From: an uncultured Dehalococcoidia bacterium
GTDB lineage: Bacteria; Chloroflexota; Dehalococcoidia; Lucifugimonadales; OSU-TB39
DNA: 58,559 nt
Assembly (NCBI GenBank): GCA_964645865.1
Contig: CAZYCG010000002.1
Span: 1 to 58,559 of the forward strand
Reading direction: 5' to 3'
In this document: positions 18,135 through 27,327 of the stretch, one piece after another
How positions within the stretch are numbered: position 1 is the first letter of the stretch
How the letters are laid out: every line of letters begins with the position of its first letter
Translations under genes and position numbers: made by a program
The notes under the pieces: model-generated
Seen by the model: only the letters and a program-made list of their open reading frames with translations
Told to the model about the DNA's origin: nothing
The model's database searches: none

Positions 18135-19574
18135 TCAATTCCTTCTTAACAGGAATGCAAGTATTGCTGCAATTAAACAAATCGTCATCGCTATTAAGAA
18201 AAATTCAGTTAAAACGGTCATTCCGTTAGTTAGTAACTGATTTACAGATGTGGGGTTCGAAGTTAAAAAAGACAAGGTGAAATCCGAATTTAATTTTTGG
18301 AATCTATACGCTCCCCATGCTGAAATTGAAGATATCCCTAATGCCATTCCTAGAAATTTAGTAGTGCTAATTAATGATGCCGAGATTCCTTGGTTATTGT
18401 CGCCAGCCTGATAGGTAGCAGTTTGAATTATTGGACCAATAAGAATTCCAAGACCGGTACCTGTCAAAAATAAATTTATGGTCAATAGCGGTTCAGATAT
18501 ATTTTGATTCCAGTTGCTAAGGAACCAATATGCTGTTGCAGATAAAAGTAATCCTACAATAATTAATGTCCGGTTACTAAATAATTTACCGGAAATGCTT
18601 CCTAATAAAGCTCCGATTGCAACTCCTAGAGTCATTCTTAAAAGCCAAAGCCCTGAATGAAGCGGTGATAATTCAAAAATCGTATTTGCCATAAGCGGTA
18701 TAGTTACCATACCTATTATTAATGCGATTCCAACTAGAAATTGAATCATGTGCGCAAGTATGAACTCCCTAGAAAACAGATTTCGGGGAATTATAGGATG
18801 GTTGGATATGATTTGTCTAAATATGAATGTGATAGCAGCTGATATTGCAAATAAGCCGCACATCAAAGTAGTTAAGTTTAAATTCTGTAATCGAGAAATA
18901 AACAAGGTCAAAAATATCAACGTTAGAGTTAGGAAGAGTGCGCCAGATAAATCAACGCCACCATTTTTTTTGCGATGAATTTTGACACTTCGGTAAATTA
19001 TAGGGATTATGATAAAAGTCAAAGGTATATTTAGCCAAAAGACCCATCGCCAATCTAAAATATTTATTATCAATCCACCCCACAGAGGACCTACAATAGC
19101 TCCAATTTCGGCAGAGGCGCCTATAATTCCGTATGCAATAAGATGTTGGTTTTTTGGTAACGAAGTATTTGCAATACTTATTGCTAGTGGAATAGTAGCA
19201 CCAGCTGCTATCGCTTGTAATATTCTGCTTGCAACGAGGAATGAGAGATTGGTGCTGAATCCAACAAGCATAGAAGTAATCGCAAAAACAATTAATATAA
19301 TAGTAAGTAGACGTTTATTTCCAAATATATCGGATAATTTTCCTACAACAGGCATCATACATATATAACCGAGTAAATATCCGGTTATTGTCCAAGAAGC
19401 GTTGTCGATATCTGAAATATTTAACTGGAAGTCTTTCATTATTGAAGGAAAGATGGTTGCAATAACAGTTTGGTCGTCAGCTGCTATAAAAACAGCAAGA
19501 CATACAGGAAATAATCTGCCAAACGTTGATATTTGTGAAAGAAATATATTTGTAGAGAATAATTTAGGAATCAT
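18135..19574 (-). CDS. MFS transporter, 14-TMS drug:H+ antiporter (DHA2/P55-like)
   Basis: 479 aa, about 14 hydrophobic spans. Motif A GKLSDIFGNKR. Its start overlaps the upstream gene stop as ATGA. Confidence 0.85.
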   Translation of the reverse strand: MIPKLFSTNIFLSQISTFGRLFPVCLAVFIAADDQTVIATIFPSIMKDFQLNISDIDNASWTITGYLLGYICMMPVVGKLSDIFGNKRLLTIILIVFAITSMLVGFSTNLSFLVASRILQAIAAGATIPLAISIANTSLPKNQHLIAYGIIGASAEIGAIVGPLWGGLIINILDWRWVFWLNIPLTFIIIPIIYRSVKIHRKKNGGVDLSGALFLTLTLIFLTLFISRLQNLNLTTLMCGLFAISAAITFIFRQIISNHPIIPRNLFSREFILAHMIQFLVGIALIIGMVTIPLMANTIFELSPLHSGLWLLRMTLGVAIGALLGSISGKLFSNRTLIIVGLLLSATAYWFLSNWNQNISEPLLTINLFLTGTGLGILIGPIIQTATYQAGDNNQGISASLISTTKFLGMALGISSISAWGAYRFQKLNSDFTLSFLTSNPTSVNQLLTNGMTVLTEFFLIAMTICLIAAILAFLLRRN

Positions 19575-20401
19575 TCAATTATTGGGGTTTCTATATTTAC
19601 TGGCTGGTTATGTTTACTTATGTCGATAAACAAATCTGTAGCGGGTTTTGATCCTATAAATTTCCCGTTCAGTTTGGCATGATAGAGCAACTTATTGTTT
19701 TTGCCTATTGATAATGAAACTTTGATTTGAGATTGTGTTGGAATCTCACCCAAGAGGTCATTCAATGAAGATGAATCAATATTTCCATGTAGATGATAAT
19801 AATTTCTTGAACTATTTTCAGTCGAAAGTCGAATATCATATAATCCTGTCATGATTTTTGCAATTCCTTGATGGGGAGCAAAAAAACCTGTTGGGTTAAA
19901 ATTTTCAGAAACTGCTTCCCACTTTTTGTTCAAAGGGTTTAATATAAAACTTTCTCCATTATTTGAGATTAATCTTGTTTTAAATACTAGTCCTGAAGCA
20001 TATGAACCATTTATTTCGAGATTCATGTAATCAGGTTTAATAATTGCACCTTGTATTTGAGTCAAGAGCAAAGTTTCTGATGCTGAAATCGATCCACTAG
20101 ACTTAAAATAAAAAGAGTTTAAATCTTTCATTTGGGTGATAGATACAGATAATATTTCTGATGCACTTACTGTTGCATCAGATGCAATTGATTTTTCATT
20201 GTTTGGATTAAGGGAACAATTTGAATTAAATATCGATATAGCAGATAGGATAAATACTAAATAACCAAAATTGAAATAAAACGTAGATTTAACTCGTAAG
20301 GATTCAAAACTTAATGTGAATCGAAATAGGTTTTTTTTACGTATAAGCAAAGAAAAGAGGTTTATTACTATGGGTCGCTGCAGTCTCGCATATAACCACA
20401 T
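19571..20401 (-). CDS. LppX/LprG-like (LprAFG family) lipid-binding envelope protein
   Basis: Hydrophobic N-terminal anchor ending ..SIFNSNC. The mature part is colinear in pattern with mycobacterial LprG (LHGNIDSSSLNDLLG.., ..ISKHNQPVNIETP). It is coupled to the MFS gene. The start is ambiguous (ATG 20401 or TTG 20350). Confidence 0.55.
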   Translation of the reverse strand: MWLYARLQRPIVINLFSLLIRKKNLFRFTLSFESLRVKSTFYFNFGYLVFILSAISIFNSNCSLNPNNEKSIASDATVSASEILSVSITQMKDLNSFYFKSSGSISASETLLLTQIQGAIIKPDYMNLEINGSYASGLVFKTRLISNNGESFILNPLNKKWEAVSENFNPTGFFAPHQGIAKIMTGLYDIRLSTENSSRNYYHLHGNIDSSSLNDLLGEIPTQSQIKVSLSIGKNNKLLYHAKLNGKFIGSKPATDLFIDISKHNQPVNIETPIIE

Positions 20402-20562
20402 TTAGTACATTTAAGCTTACAATGCACATCGGTAAATTGAAATCCGCAAATATCACAAGTAACAACTACAGATTGATTGTTAGTTCGAGGGGTATAGTCA
20501 ATAAAAGTGGATTTATTGAGATTGAATTCGGACACTTTAGTTCTTATTCTTTTGAAACCCAT
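20368..20562 (-). CDS. small zinc-ribbon protein
   Basis: 64 aa with CDIC...CKLKCTKC...C. It lies immediately upstream of the LprG-like gene. Confidence 0.45.
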   Translation of the reverse strand: MGFKRIRTKVSEFNLNKSTFIDYTPRTNNQSVVVTCDICGFQFTDVHCKLKCTKCGYMRDCSDP

Positions 20563-20621
20563 ATATATTTCGATAATAAACCTATCCCCTCAAATTAGAC
20601 GATAGGTTTGTTATCAGTAAA

Positions 20622-21335
20622 TCAAGCTTTAGGTTTTGAATAAGCGTACGCTATTGTAGTTCCAGTTCCTATAAATATTAGGCCAAATAATGCCAGAAGC
20701 ATTATTGCCATGTCTAAAGATTGTCCACCTGTAGAAGGTAGCGTTGCGGCTGGTATAGATATAGGAACAGTAGTATCGACACCCGATAAACTTGTACTAG
20801 CTGATTCAGCTTGGCTTATACCAGGATGACTTTCCCAACCATTCAAAGATGCTTCTAAACCAGAAATCAATGTGTTACCGCCCGGGCCAATGTATATATC
20901 AGCTAAGCTAGTTGAATTTGCACTAGAAGCGTTTCCAGCAGCATCCCTTGAAATAGCGGACCAAGCGGAAATGTTTGCAATAGCATTGTTTATCGTAGTT
21001 GTATATGCAATTGCATCAGCATCTTCGCTCTCTGTTGCAGAGTCAAGCGCTCCTTGAGATTGGATACTAGCAGCAGATGCAAGTTCAAGTACACCGCCTG
21101 AGCCGGTGATTATATTGCTAGCTTTGTTGGCATAGCTTTGCTTATCTGCTAAAGTCGTGGCCGACTTTGCCAGATTGGCTTGAGCTAGAGCCTGTGAAAC
21201 CTCAGTTTTTAGAGATGCAAGTGTAGCATCTAGTGCCGTTGTAGCGGCAAACGCCTGAGAATTACTTCCTAATATAGCTAATGTTATCGCTATAACAGGC
21301 AAAAAAGTCTTAATAAAAAACATATATTTCTTCAT
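20622..21335 (-). CDS. secreted Ala/Ser/Thr-rich surface protein with LPXTG-type C-terminal sorting signal
   Basis: Signal peptide MKKYMFFIKTFLPVIAITLAILGSNSQAFA. C-terminal LPSTGG, then a hydrophobic stretch (LDMAIMLLALFGLIFIGTGTTIAYAY), then SKPKA. ATG at 21335 lies 6 nt after GGAGA. Confidence 0.7.
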   Translation of the reverse strand: MKKYMFFIKTFLPVIAITLAILGSNSQAFAATTALDATLASLKTEVSQALAQANLAKSATTLADKQSYANKASNIITGSGGVLELASAASIQSQGALDSATESEDADAIAYTTTINNAIANISAWSAISRDAAGNASSANSTSLADIYIGPGGNTLISGLEASLNGWESHPGISQAESASTSLSGVDTTVPISIPAATLPSTGGQSLDMAIMLLALFGLIFIGTGTTIAYAYSKPKA

Positions 21336-21571
21336 TTCGATTCTCCACACTATTTGTAGTTGAGAGACAGTTTGGACTGCTTATGCATGCCCTATTAGCT
21401 AATAAGTTATCACAAGCCAACGGTTTAGCCTAGGCTTCTGTATACCAAATTTCAATAAAGAAAAATTTTAAGTATATCTGAGGTTTATATATATAAAAAT
21501 TTAAAGTATATAAACTGGAGTTATATTTAATACAAATCTATAATTTGAAAATTCATTTCAGGAGTAAATTC

Positions 21572-22666
21572 ATGTTAGAACGTTTTAAAGTACCAATTAA
21601 AGACCAAGTTCGTGTCAATCACATTGATTTGAGAAAAACCGTTAAACAAATATTTCTAAGAATGGGTGAGACTAGTGAAGACGCAACTATTGCGTCTGAA
21701 GTATTGGTAGATTCGGATTTGAGGGGCGTAGAAAGTCATGGGGTTTCAAATATGTTGAAAGAATACATTAGTTATTATGATGATCATATAATTAAGCCAA
21801 GAGCTGATTGGAAAATTGTAAAAGAGTCCCCATCAACTGCTACTGTAGACGCTGATACTGGGTTAGCCGTGATTTTAGGTCCAAAAGCAATGAATATAGC
21901 TATAGAAAAGGCTAAAAAAGTAGGTATCGGTATGGTAACGATGAGAAATGCAGGACATTCTGGAGCTATAGGGCACCATGCTTTAATTGCTGCCAAGCAA
22001 GATATGTTAGGAATGTGTATGACTACCGGAGGACTGAGAGTTGTTCCAACTTTTTCCTCCGAACCTTTATTAGGAACAAATCCGATAGCAGTAGCTGCTC
22101 CAACAAATAGCAAGCCAACTTTTTTGTTTGATGCCGCAACATGTTCAGTTGCAGGGAATAAGGTTAGATTAGCTCAAAGGAGTGGTAAAAAGTTAATGCC
22201 TGGGTGGATTTCTGACGAAAATGGTGCTCCTATAATGGAAGAATATCAATTAGAAGACCATATTGATATTCCCCCATTGCTACCACTTGGAGGTACTAGG
22301 GAAATTGGGTCACACAAAGGATATGGTTTATCTTTAGTAGCTGAAATAATGTGTTCTCTGATGTCTGGAGGCATTCCTAGTATGCTAGAAGGACATGAAA
22401 TTATAAGTAAGCATTTTTTTGCAGCTTATGATATATCTGCATTTACTGACATAGACGAATTTAAGAAAAATATGGATGATATGTTGGGCAAGTTGGTTGA
22501 TTCTAAGCCGGCTCCTGGTTTTGAGCAAGTTTTGTATCCGGGTTTGCCAGAATACGAGGATGAAAATGATAGGTTGGCTAATGGGATTCCCTTGCATAAA
22601 GAGGTCGTTGAATTCATTCAACAAACAGCCTCGCGGTTAGAAATAGAGCCGTTATATTTGGATTAG
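21572..22666 (+). CDS. Ldh_2 family malate/L-lactate/ureidoglycolate-type dehydrogenase
   Basis: DLRGVESHGV, NAGHSGAIGHHA and GSHKGYGLSL are typical Ldh_2 motifs. ATG at 21572 lies 7 nt after AGGAG. Confidence 0.82.
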   Translation: MLERFKVPIKDQVRVNHIDLRKTVKQIFLRMGETSEDATIASEVLVDSDLRGVESHGVSNMLKEYISYYDDHIIKPRADWKIVKESPSTATVDADTGLAVILGPKAMNIAIEKAKKVGIGMVTMRNAGHSGAIGHHALIAAKQDMLGMCMTTGGLRVVPTFSSEPLLGTNPIAVAAPTNSKPTFLFDAATCSVAGNKVRLAQRSGKKLMPGWISDENGAPIMEEYQLEDHIDIPPLLPLGGTREIGSHKGYGLSLVAEIMCSLMSGGIPSMLEGHEIISKHFFAAYDISAFTDIDEFKKNMDDMLGKLVDSKPAPGFEQVLYPGLPEYEDENDRLANGIPLHKEVVEFIQQTASRLEIEPLYLD

Positions 22667-22702
22667 GATAGTAGTAAATAAGTTAAGACTTAACAACAAA
22701 AA

Positions 22703-23416
22703 TTAATTCTTTTCTCCTGAAATTATGGCTACAGAACCAAACGACAATGTTTGAGAAGTTATGTTAGTAAAACCGGATTTTTTCATCAAATGTTCAATCT
22801 GATCACATGTTATAAAACTGCTGACCGATTCAGGAAGATATTTGTAAGCACTTTTGTTACCAGCGAATATTAAACCAAATACAGGAACAACATTTTTAAA
22901 ATAATAACTAAACAATTTTGTTAAGGGGGATTCCGATGAGTTTTTTACAATTTCCAGTATTGTTATTTTCCCTCCTTTGCAAAGGGTTTGGTTTATTTCG
23001 TTAAGCGCTTTATTGATGTCGATGAAATTTCTAATCCCGAAAGCTATTGTCACCAAATTAAAAGTAGATGGAGGGAAAGGCAGATTGTGTGAATCTGCGA
23101 CTAGATAAGTCACTTTATCATTAAATCTATTTGATTTTTGCTGAGCTATCTTAATCATTTCTGGAGTAAAATCTAATCCAATTATTGAAGTGAATTTGGG
23201 TTTTTTAGATAAAAGAATAGCCATATCTCCTGTGCCAGTAGCTATATCTAAGGCTCTACCAGAAATATTATCTGTGCTGATAGAAATTGTTTTTTTTCTC
23301 CATATCCAATGTTGCCCCATACTTATTATTGTGTTTAGCAAATCGTATCTTTTTGCGATTGCTGAAAACATGTGGGAGACATACCGACTTCTGTCATTAC
23401 CTTTTAATTGAGCCAA
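22703..23416 (-). CDS. ubiE: demethylmenaquinone/ubiquinone C-methyltransferase
   Basis: N-terminal VSHMFSAIAKRYDLLN. SAM motif LDIATGTGD. Overall UbiE/MenG layout. Confidence 0.88.
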   Translation of the reverse strand: MAQLKGNDRSRYVSHMFSAIAKRYDLLNTIISMGQHWIWRKKTISISTDNISGRALDIATGTGDMAILLSKKPKFTSIIGLDFTPEMIKIAQQKSNRFNDKVTYLVADSHNLPFPPSTFNLVTIAFGIRNFIDINKALNEINQTLCKGGKITILEIVKNSSESPLTKLFSYYFKNVVPVFGLIFAGNKSAYKYLPESVSSFITCDQIEHLMKKSGFTNITSQTLSFGSVAIISGEKN

Positions 23417-23435
23417 ATTAATTCCTTGATAGTTA

Positions 23436-24995
23436 TTAACAATTGTGACTGCGAATATAATTGATGCTTTTTGGGATATATTCTAGTAAGTCATTTGCCA
23501 ATGATCCTTGATCCCCATATTTGCAATTAACATATTTACCAGCTTGGGCATGAACAAAAACGGCTAGTATTGAAGCGGATTGAATAGAAAGTCCTTGAGC
23601 TAAAAATCCAGCAATTATTCCGGCTAAAACATCTCCTGTACCAGCTGTAGCTAAAGATGGATTAGCAAATGGGCTAACAAAAATGGAACCTGTAGGTAGA
23701 GCTACGATGGTGTTAGATCCCTTTAGAACGATAATGGTTTGAGATTCGCTTGCAACTTTCAAGGCAATATTCATTTTGTCTGAATTTATTTTATCAATTG
23801 ATAAATTAGTTAATCTAGAAAATTCTGCTAAGTGTGGAGTTAAAATTGTTTCTCGGGGTAAATTAGACCACCAAACTTTACCTCTTGTTTGATTCAAGAT
23901 GTTAATCGCATCTGCATCTAATATTGTTGGCGGAAGTTGTTGCTTTTTTTCTAACATCTGTTGTAAGAAAAATTGAGTGTCAGGATCTGTTCCTAGCCCC
24001 GGCCCGATCAAAATAGATTTATATTTGGTGATGTTATTCAAAATCATTTCAATGTTATTATTCGTGTTGGTATTGCTTGAAAAATCTGATAAAGGCAAGT
24101 ACGTGGGTATTGGAGTTAATGAAGATATGGATTTTTGGACGTCGCTTGTTACTGCGAGAGTGACTAATCCAACCCCGGATCTTGCAGCGGCTATTGCAGA
24201 TAAATAGGGAGCACCTGAATAAAATTTCGATCCACCTATGATTAAGGTTTTACCAAATGTACCTTTGTGTGCATTTTTAGGTCTATCGGGAATGACATTT
24301 TTTGCCCAATGCTTATTGGTCAGATTGATTTTGGATTCTGGAATGATTTTTTTGGGAATTCCAATATCTAAAACCTCCACTTGGCCTGTTAATGTTGGTC
24401 CTTGATTCAAATAAAGTCCGAGCTTAGGATAACCCAGAGTTAATGTTAAATCAGTTTTTATACTCATAGCGTCAGCATCGCCTGTGTCGGCATTGAGCCC
24501 TGAAGGTATGTCAATAGATATGCTATAAAGGTGTTGGTTATTGGCATTTCGTATTAATTCAAATATTGATAACAATTTGCCTTGAATTGGTCTAGATAAG
24601 CCTGTGCCCATTATCCCATCTACGAGGACGGTAGATTTTGAAATTGCACATTTGAAATCTGTTAGTTCTGAATCACCAAATAAGCTTTTAATTTCCACTC
24701 CAAGATTCGAGAGAGTTGCTAATTTTGGATACGAACCTTTTCTGTTTGAACATAGATAAACTGTCACTTCCGCTCCCCACATTTTAAGATATTTAGCGGC
24801 AATTAACCCATCGCCTCCATTATTTCCAGAACCGACCAAAACAAAGATGTGATTAGGAGCTAAATTTCCAAGAAGCATTCTTATTTTTCTTGCTATGCCT
24901 AAACCCGCATGTTCCATCAATGTTTTTTGAGAGACACCGTGCTCAAATGCTTGATTTTCTATATTCGTCATTTGTTGTGAAGTGAGAATTTTCAT
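23436..24995 (-). CDS. nnr: bifunctional NAD(P)H-hydrate epimerase / ADP-dependent dehydratase
   Basis: YjeF_N motif GSGNNGGDG and C-terminal kinase-fold motif GTGDVLAGIIAG. 519 aa. Confidence 0.9.
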   Translation of the reverse strand: MKILTSQQMTNIENQAFEHGVSQKTLMEHAGLGIARKIRMLLGNLAPNHIFVLVGSGNNGGDGLIAAKYLKMWGAEVTVYLCSNRKGSYPKLATLSNLGVEIKSLFGDSELTDFKCAISKSTVLVDGIMGTGLSRPIQGKLLSIFELIRNANNQHLYSISIDIPSGLNADTGDADAMSIKTDLTLTLGYPKLGLYLNQGPTLTGQVEVLDIGIPKKIIPESKINLTNKHWAKNVIPDRPKNAHKGTFGKTLIIGGSKFYSGAPYLSAIAAARSGVGLVTLAVTSDVQKSISSLTPIPTYLPLSDFSSNTNTNNNIEMILNNITKYKSILIGPGLGTDPDTQFFLQQMLEKKQQLPPTILDADAINILNQTRGKVWWSNLPRETILTPHLAEFSRLTNLSIDKINSDKMNIALKVASESQTIIVLKGSNTIVALPTGSIFVSPFANPSLATAGTGDVLAGIIAGFLAQGLSIQSASILAVFVHAQAGKYVNCKYGDQGSLANDLLEYIPKSINYIRSHNC

Positions 24996-25363
24996 GTTTC
25001 TTTATCTATTGTTCCTACTACAACGGCTATAGCAAATTCTCTAGAATGAGAAAGGGATACGCTTAAATTGCATATCTTATTTTTGGTAGCATGTAATTGA
25101 GCTTTTCCATGCAACAAAATTTGTGGAGCTTCGCCAGGGTTTCTGGTTACCTCAATATCTTTCCAGTTAACTGTCGTACCTGTACCTAGTGCTTTCATTA
25201 CTGCTTCTTTAGCGGCGAACCGAGTAGAAAGTTGGTTAGTCCTATTATTGCAATAAATCAATTCTCTAGGTGTATATATTCTGTTCAAAAACCTAGATTT
25301 ATATTGGTTGACTATCCTACCTATACGTTCAATTTCAATTACATCTACGCCAGTGACTAGCAT
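24992..25363 (-). CDS. acpS: holo-[acyl-carrier-protein] synthase
   Basis: 123 aa. GVDVIEIERI and FAAKEAVMKALG motifs. ATGA overlap with nnr. Confidence 0.9.
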   Translation of the reverse strand: MLVTGVDVIEIERIGRIVNQYKSRFLNRIYTPRELIYCNNRTNQLSTRFAAKEAVMKALGTGTTVNWKDIEVTRNPGEAPQILLHGKAQLHATKNKICNLSVSLSHSREFAIAVVVGTIDKET

Positions 25364-25397
25364 GACAATTTGGGTAATACGCTGATTTTTTAAGTTT

Positions 25398-26276
25398 TTA
25401 TATTATTTTTGACTCGTCGAGAATATTAGGTATCGTGTTTTCCCATCCGATAGCCATGACATGTATTCCATCACACATGTCTTGAATTTCTTTTATGATG
25501 TTGGCGGTAATTGAAATGCTCTCTTTTTTGATAGCATCTCTGTCGCTTAAATCAAGACTTTTAATGATATTCTCTGGTATAGATATCCCCGGCAGATAGG
25601 AGTTAAGGTAATTTGCCATTTTGGTGGATTTAAGAACAATTATCCCTGCGAGTATTGGAACATCAAATTTTTTGGCAGTTATCATAAATTTTTCCAAAGC
25701 ATCAGGTTCGAATATTGCCTGCGTTTGGAAAAATTGAGCTCCACTTGAAACCTTTTCTTCCATTTTGACGAATTCAGTCTCTAGGTCTTTGGCGCCAGGA
25801 TTTACTACAGCGCCTCGAAAGAATTCAGGATTACCTTCAAGAGCATTTTTGCCAAGGTCTTTTCCTGTCTGCATACTCTTCATTGCATCTAGAACTTGTG
25901 TGGAATTTAGGTCAAATACAGGTTTAGCTTCTGGGTGGTCGCCATGTTGTGGTGGGTCACCGCTCATTGTCAGAATATTCGTTATGCCTAGAGCACTAGC
26001 AGCAATTAAGTCTGCCTGTATTGCTATTCTATTTCTATCTCTACCTGTGATTTGCAATATTGGTTCAATGCCTCTATGTTTCAAAAAATGTGATACTGCA
26101 ATCGGTGCCATTGTCATATTAGAACCTGCCGAATCTGTAATGTTAATGGCTACTACTCGATCCTTTAACATGTCTGCTTTTTTAAATAGTTTTTCTAAGT
26201 CAGTGCCTTTCGGAGGATTTAGTTCACAAGTTACGGTGAACTTTCCAGATTTTAAATTAGTTGAAAGTTTACTCAA
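25398..26276 (-). CDS. metF: 5,10-methylenetetrahydrofolate reductase
   Basis: 292 aa. TCELNPPKG, AINITD, LQITGRDRN and SGDPP are MTHFR barrel motifs. Confidence 0.88.
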   Translation of the reverse strand: MSKLSTNLKSGKFTVTCELNPPKGTDLEKLFKKADMLKDRVVAINITDSAGSNMTMAPIAVSHFLKHRGIEPILQITGRDRNRIAIQADLIAASALGITNILTMSGDPPQHGDHPEAKPVFDLNSTQVLDAMKSMQTGKDLGKNALEGNPEFFRGAVVNPGAKDLETEFVKMEEKVSSGAQFFQTQAIFEPDALEKFMITAKKFDVPILAGIIVLKSTKMANYLNSYLPGISIPENIIKSLDLSDRDAIKKESISITANIIKEIQDMCDGIHVMAIGWENTIPNILDESKII

Positions 26277-26412
26277 ATTTTAAGTTCTCCGATTAATTTC
26301 TAGATTTTTATATCGATTCATTATATTAATATTCTAATACAATAGAAAGAACATTTATTTGTGTTGAGTTGTTTAATATATTAGTAACGTATGTTTTGTT
26401 GAGAGGAAAATA

Positions 26413-27315
26413 ATGTCTATTGTGCTTGATGGTAAAGCGATTGCAGATAAATTGACACAATCTGTAGCTGATGAAATAAATTCAATAAAAAAAGCTAATG
26501 CTAGATTTGCGCCGGGATTAGCTGCTGTTTTAGTTGGAGAAGACCCAGCATCTAAAGTGTATGTGAGAAACAAGAAAAAATCAGCAATAGGTATTGGAAT
26601 GGAAGCCTTGGATTATTATCTTCCAGAATCAACTACCCAAAAAGAACTAGAAGAGTATGTCAGTAAATTAAGTGAAGATGTTTCTGTAGATGGGATATTG
26701 GTGCAATTACCACTACCCACACATATTGATCAAGAAAAAATAATTGATGCAATAAGCCCGGATAAAGATGTTGATGGATTGCATCCATATAATGTAGGAC
26801 TTCTAGTTAAAGGGCAACCTAGATTTGTTCCTGCCACTCCAGCTGGTGTTCAGCATATATTGGTTGAGAGTGAAATAGAAGTTTCTGGAAAGCACGTAGT
26901 AATATGTGGAAGAAGTGAAATAGTTGGTAAACCTTTAGGGTTACTACTGATGCAACGTAATAAAGGCGCGAATGCGACTGTCACCGTGTGTCACAGCAGA
27001 ACTGAAAATCTTCAAAATATTACTGCGCAAGCAGATATTCTTATTGCAGCGGTAGGACAACCAAATTTTATTAGGGCAGACATGGTAAAAAAAGGTGCTG
27101 TTGTAATTGATGTAGGTACAAATCGCGTACAGGATATGAGTCGCAAATCAGGATATAGGTTAGTAGGAGATGTAGATTTTGAAAATGTGAAAAATATTTC
27201 ATCAGCAATAACACCGGTTCCTGGAGGAGTCGGTCCTATGACTATCGCTATGCTTTTAAAAAACACACTTGAATCCGCTAAAAGAAAAAATCTAGTTTTT
27301 GATAAGATTACTTAA
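26413..27315 (+). CDS. folD: bifunctional methylene-THF dehydrogenase / methenyl-THF cyclohydrolase
   Basis: SKVYVRNKKK, GKHVVICGRSEIVGKPL, PVPGGVGPMTIAML. Confidence 0.95.
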   Translation: MSIVLDGKAIADKLTQSVADEINSIKKANARFAPGLAAVLVGEDPASKVYVRNKKKSAIGIGMEALDYYLPESTTQKELEEYVSKLSEDVSVDGILVQLPLPTHIDQEKIIDAISPDKDVDGLHPYNVGLLVKGQPRFVPATPAGVQHILVESEIEVSGKHVVICGRSEIVGKPLGLLLMQRNKGANATVTVCHSRTENLQNITAQADILIAAVGQPNFIRADMVKKGAVVIDVGTNRVQDMSRKSGYRLVGDVDFENVKNISSAITPVPGGVGPMTIAMLLKNTLESAKRKNLVFDKIT

Positions 27316-27327
27316 ACAGACCGCTTA

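Noticed and set aside
26277-26412. THF or SAM riboswitch in the metF/folD divergent spacer.
   Set aside because: The 136-nt spacer is almost purely A/T with no stable helices. It is more consistent with two back-to-back promoters.
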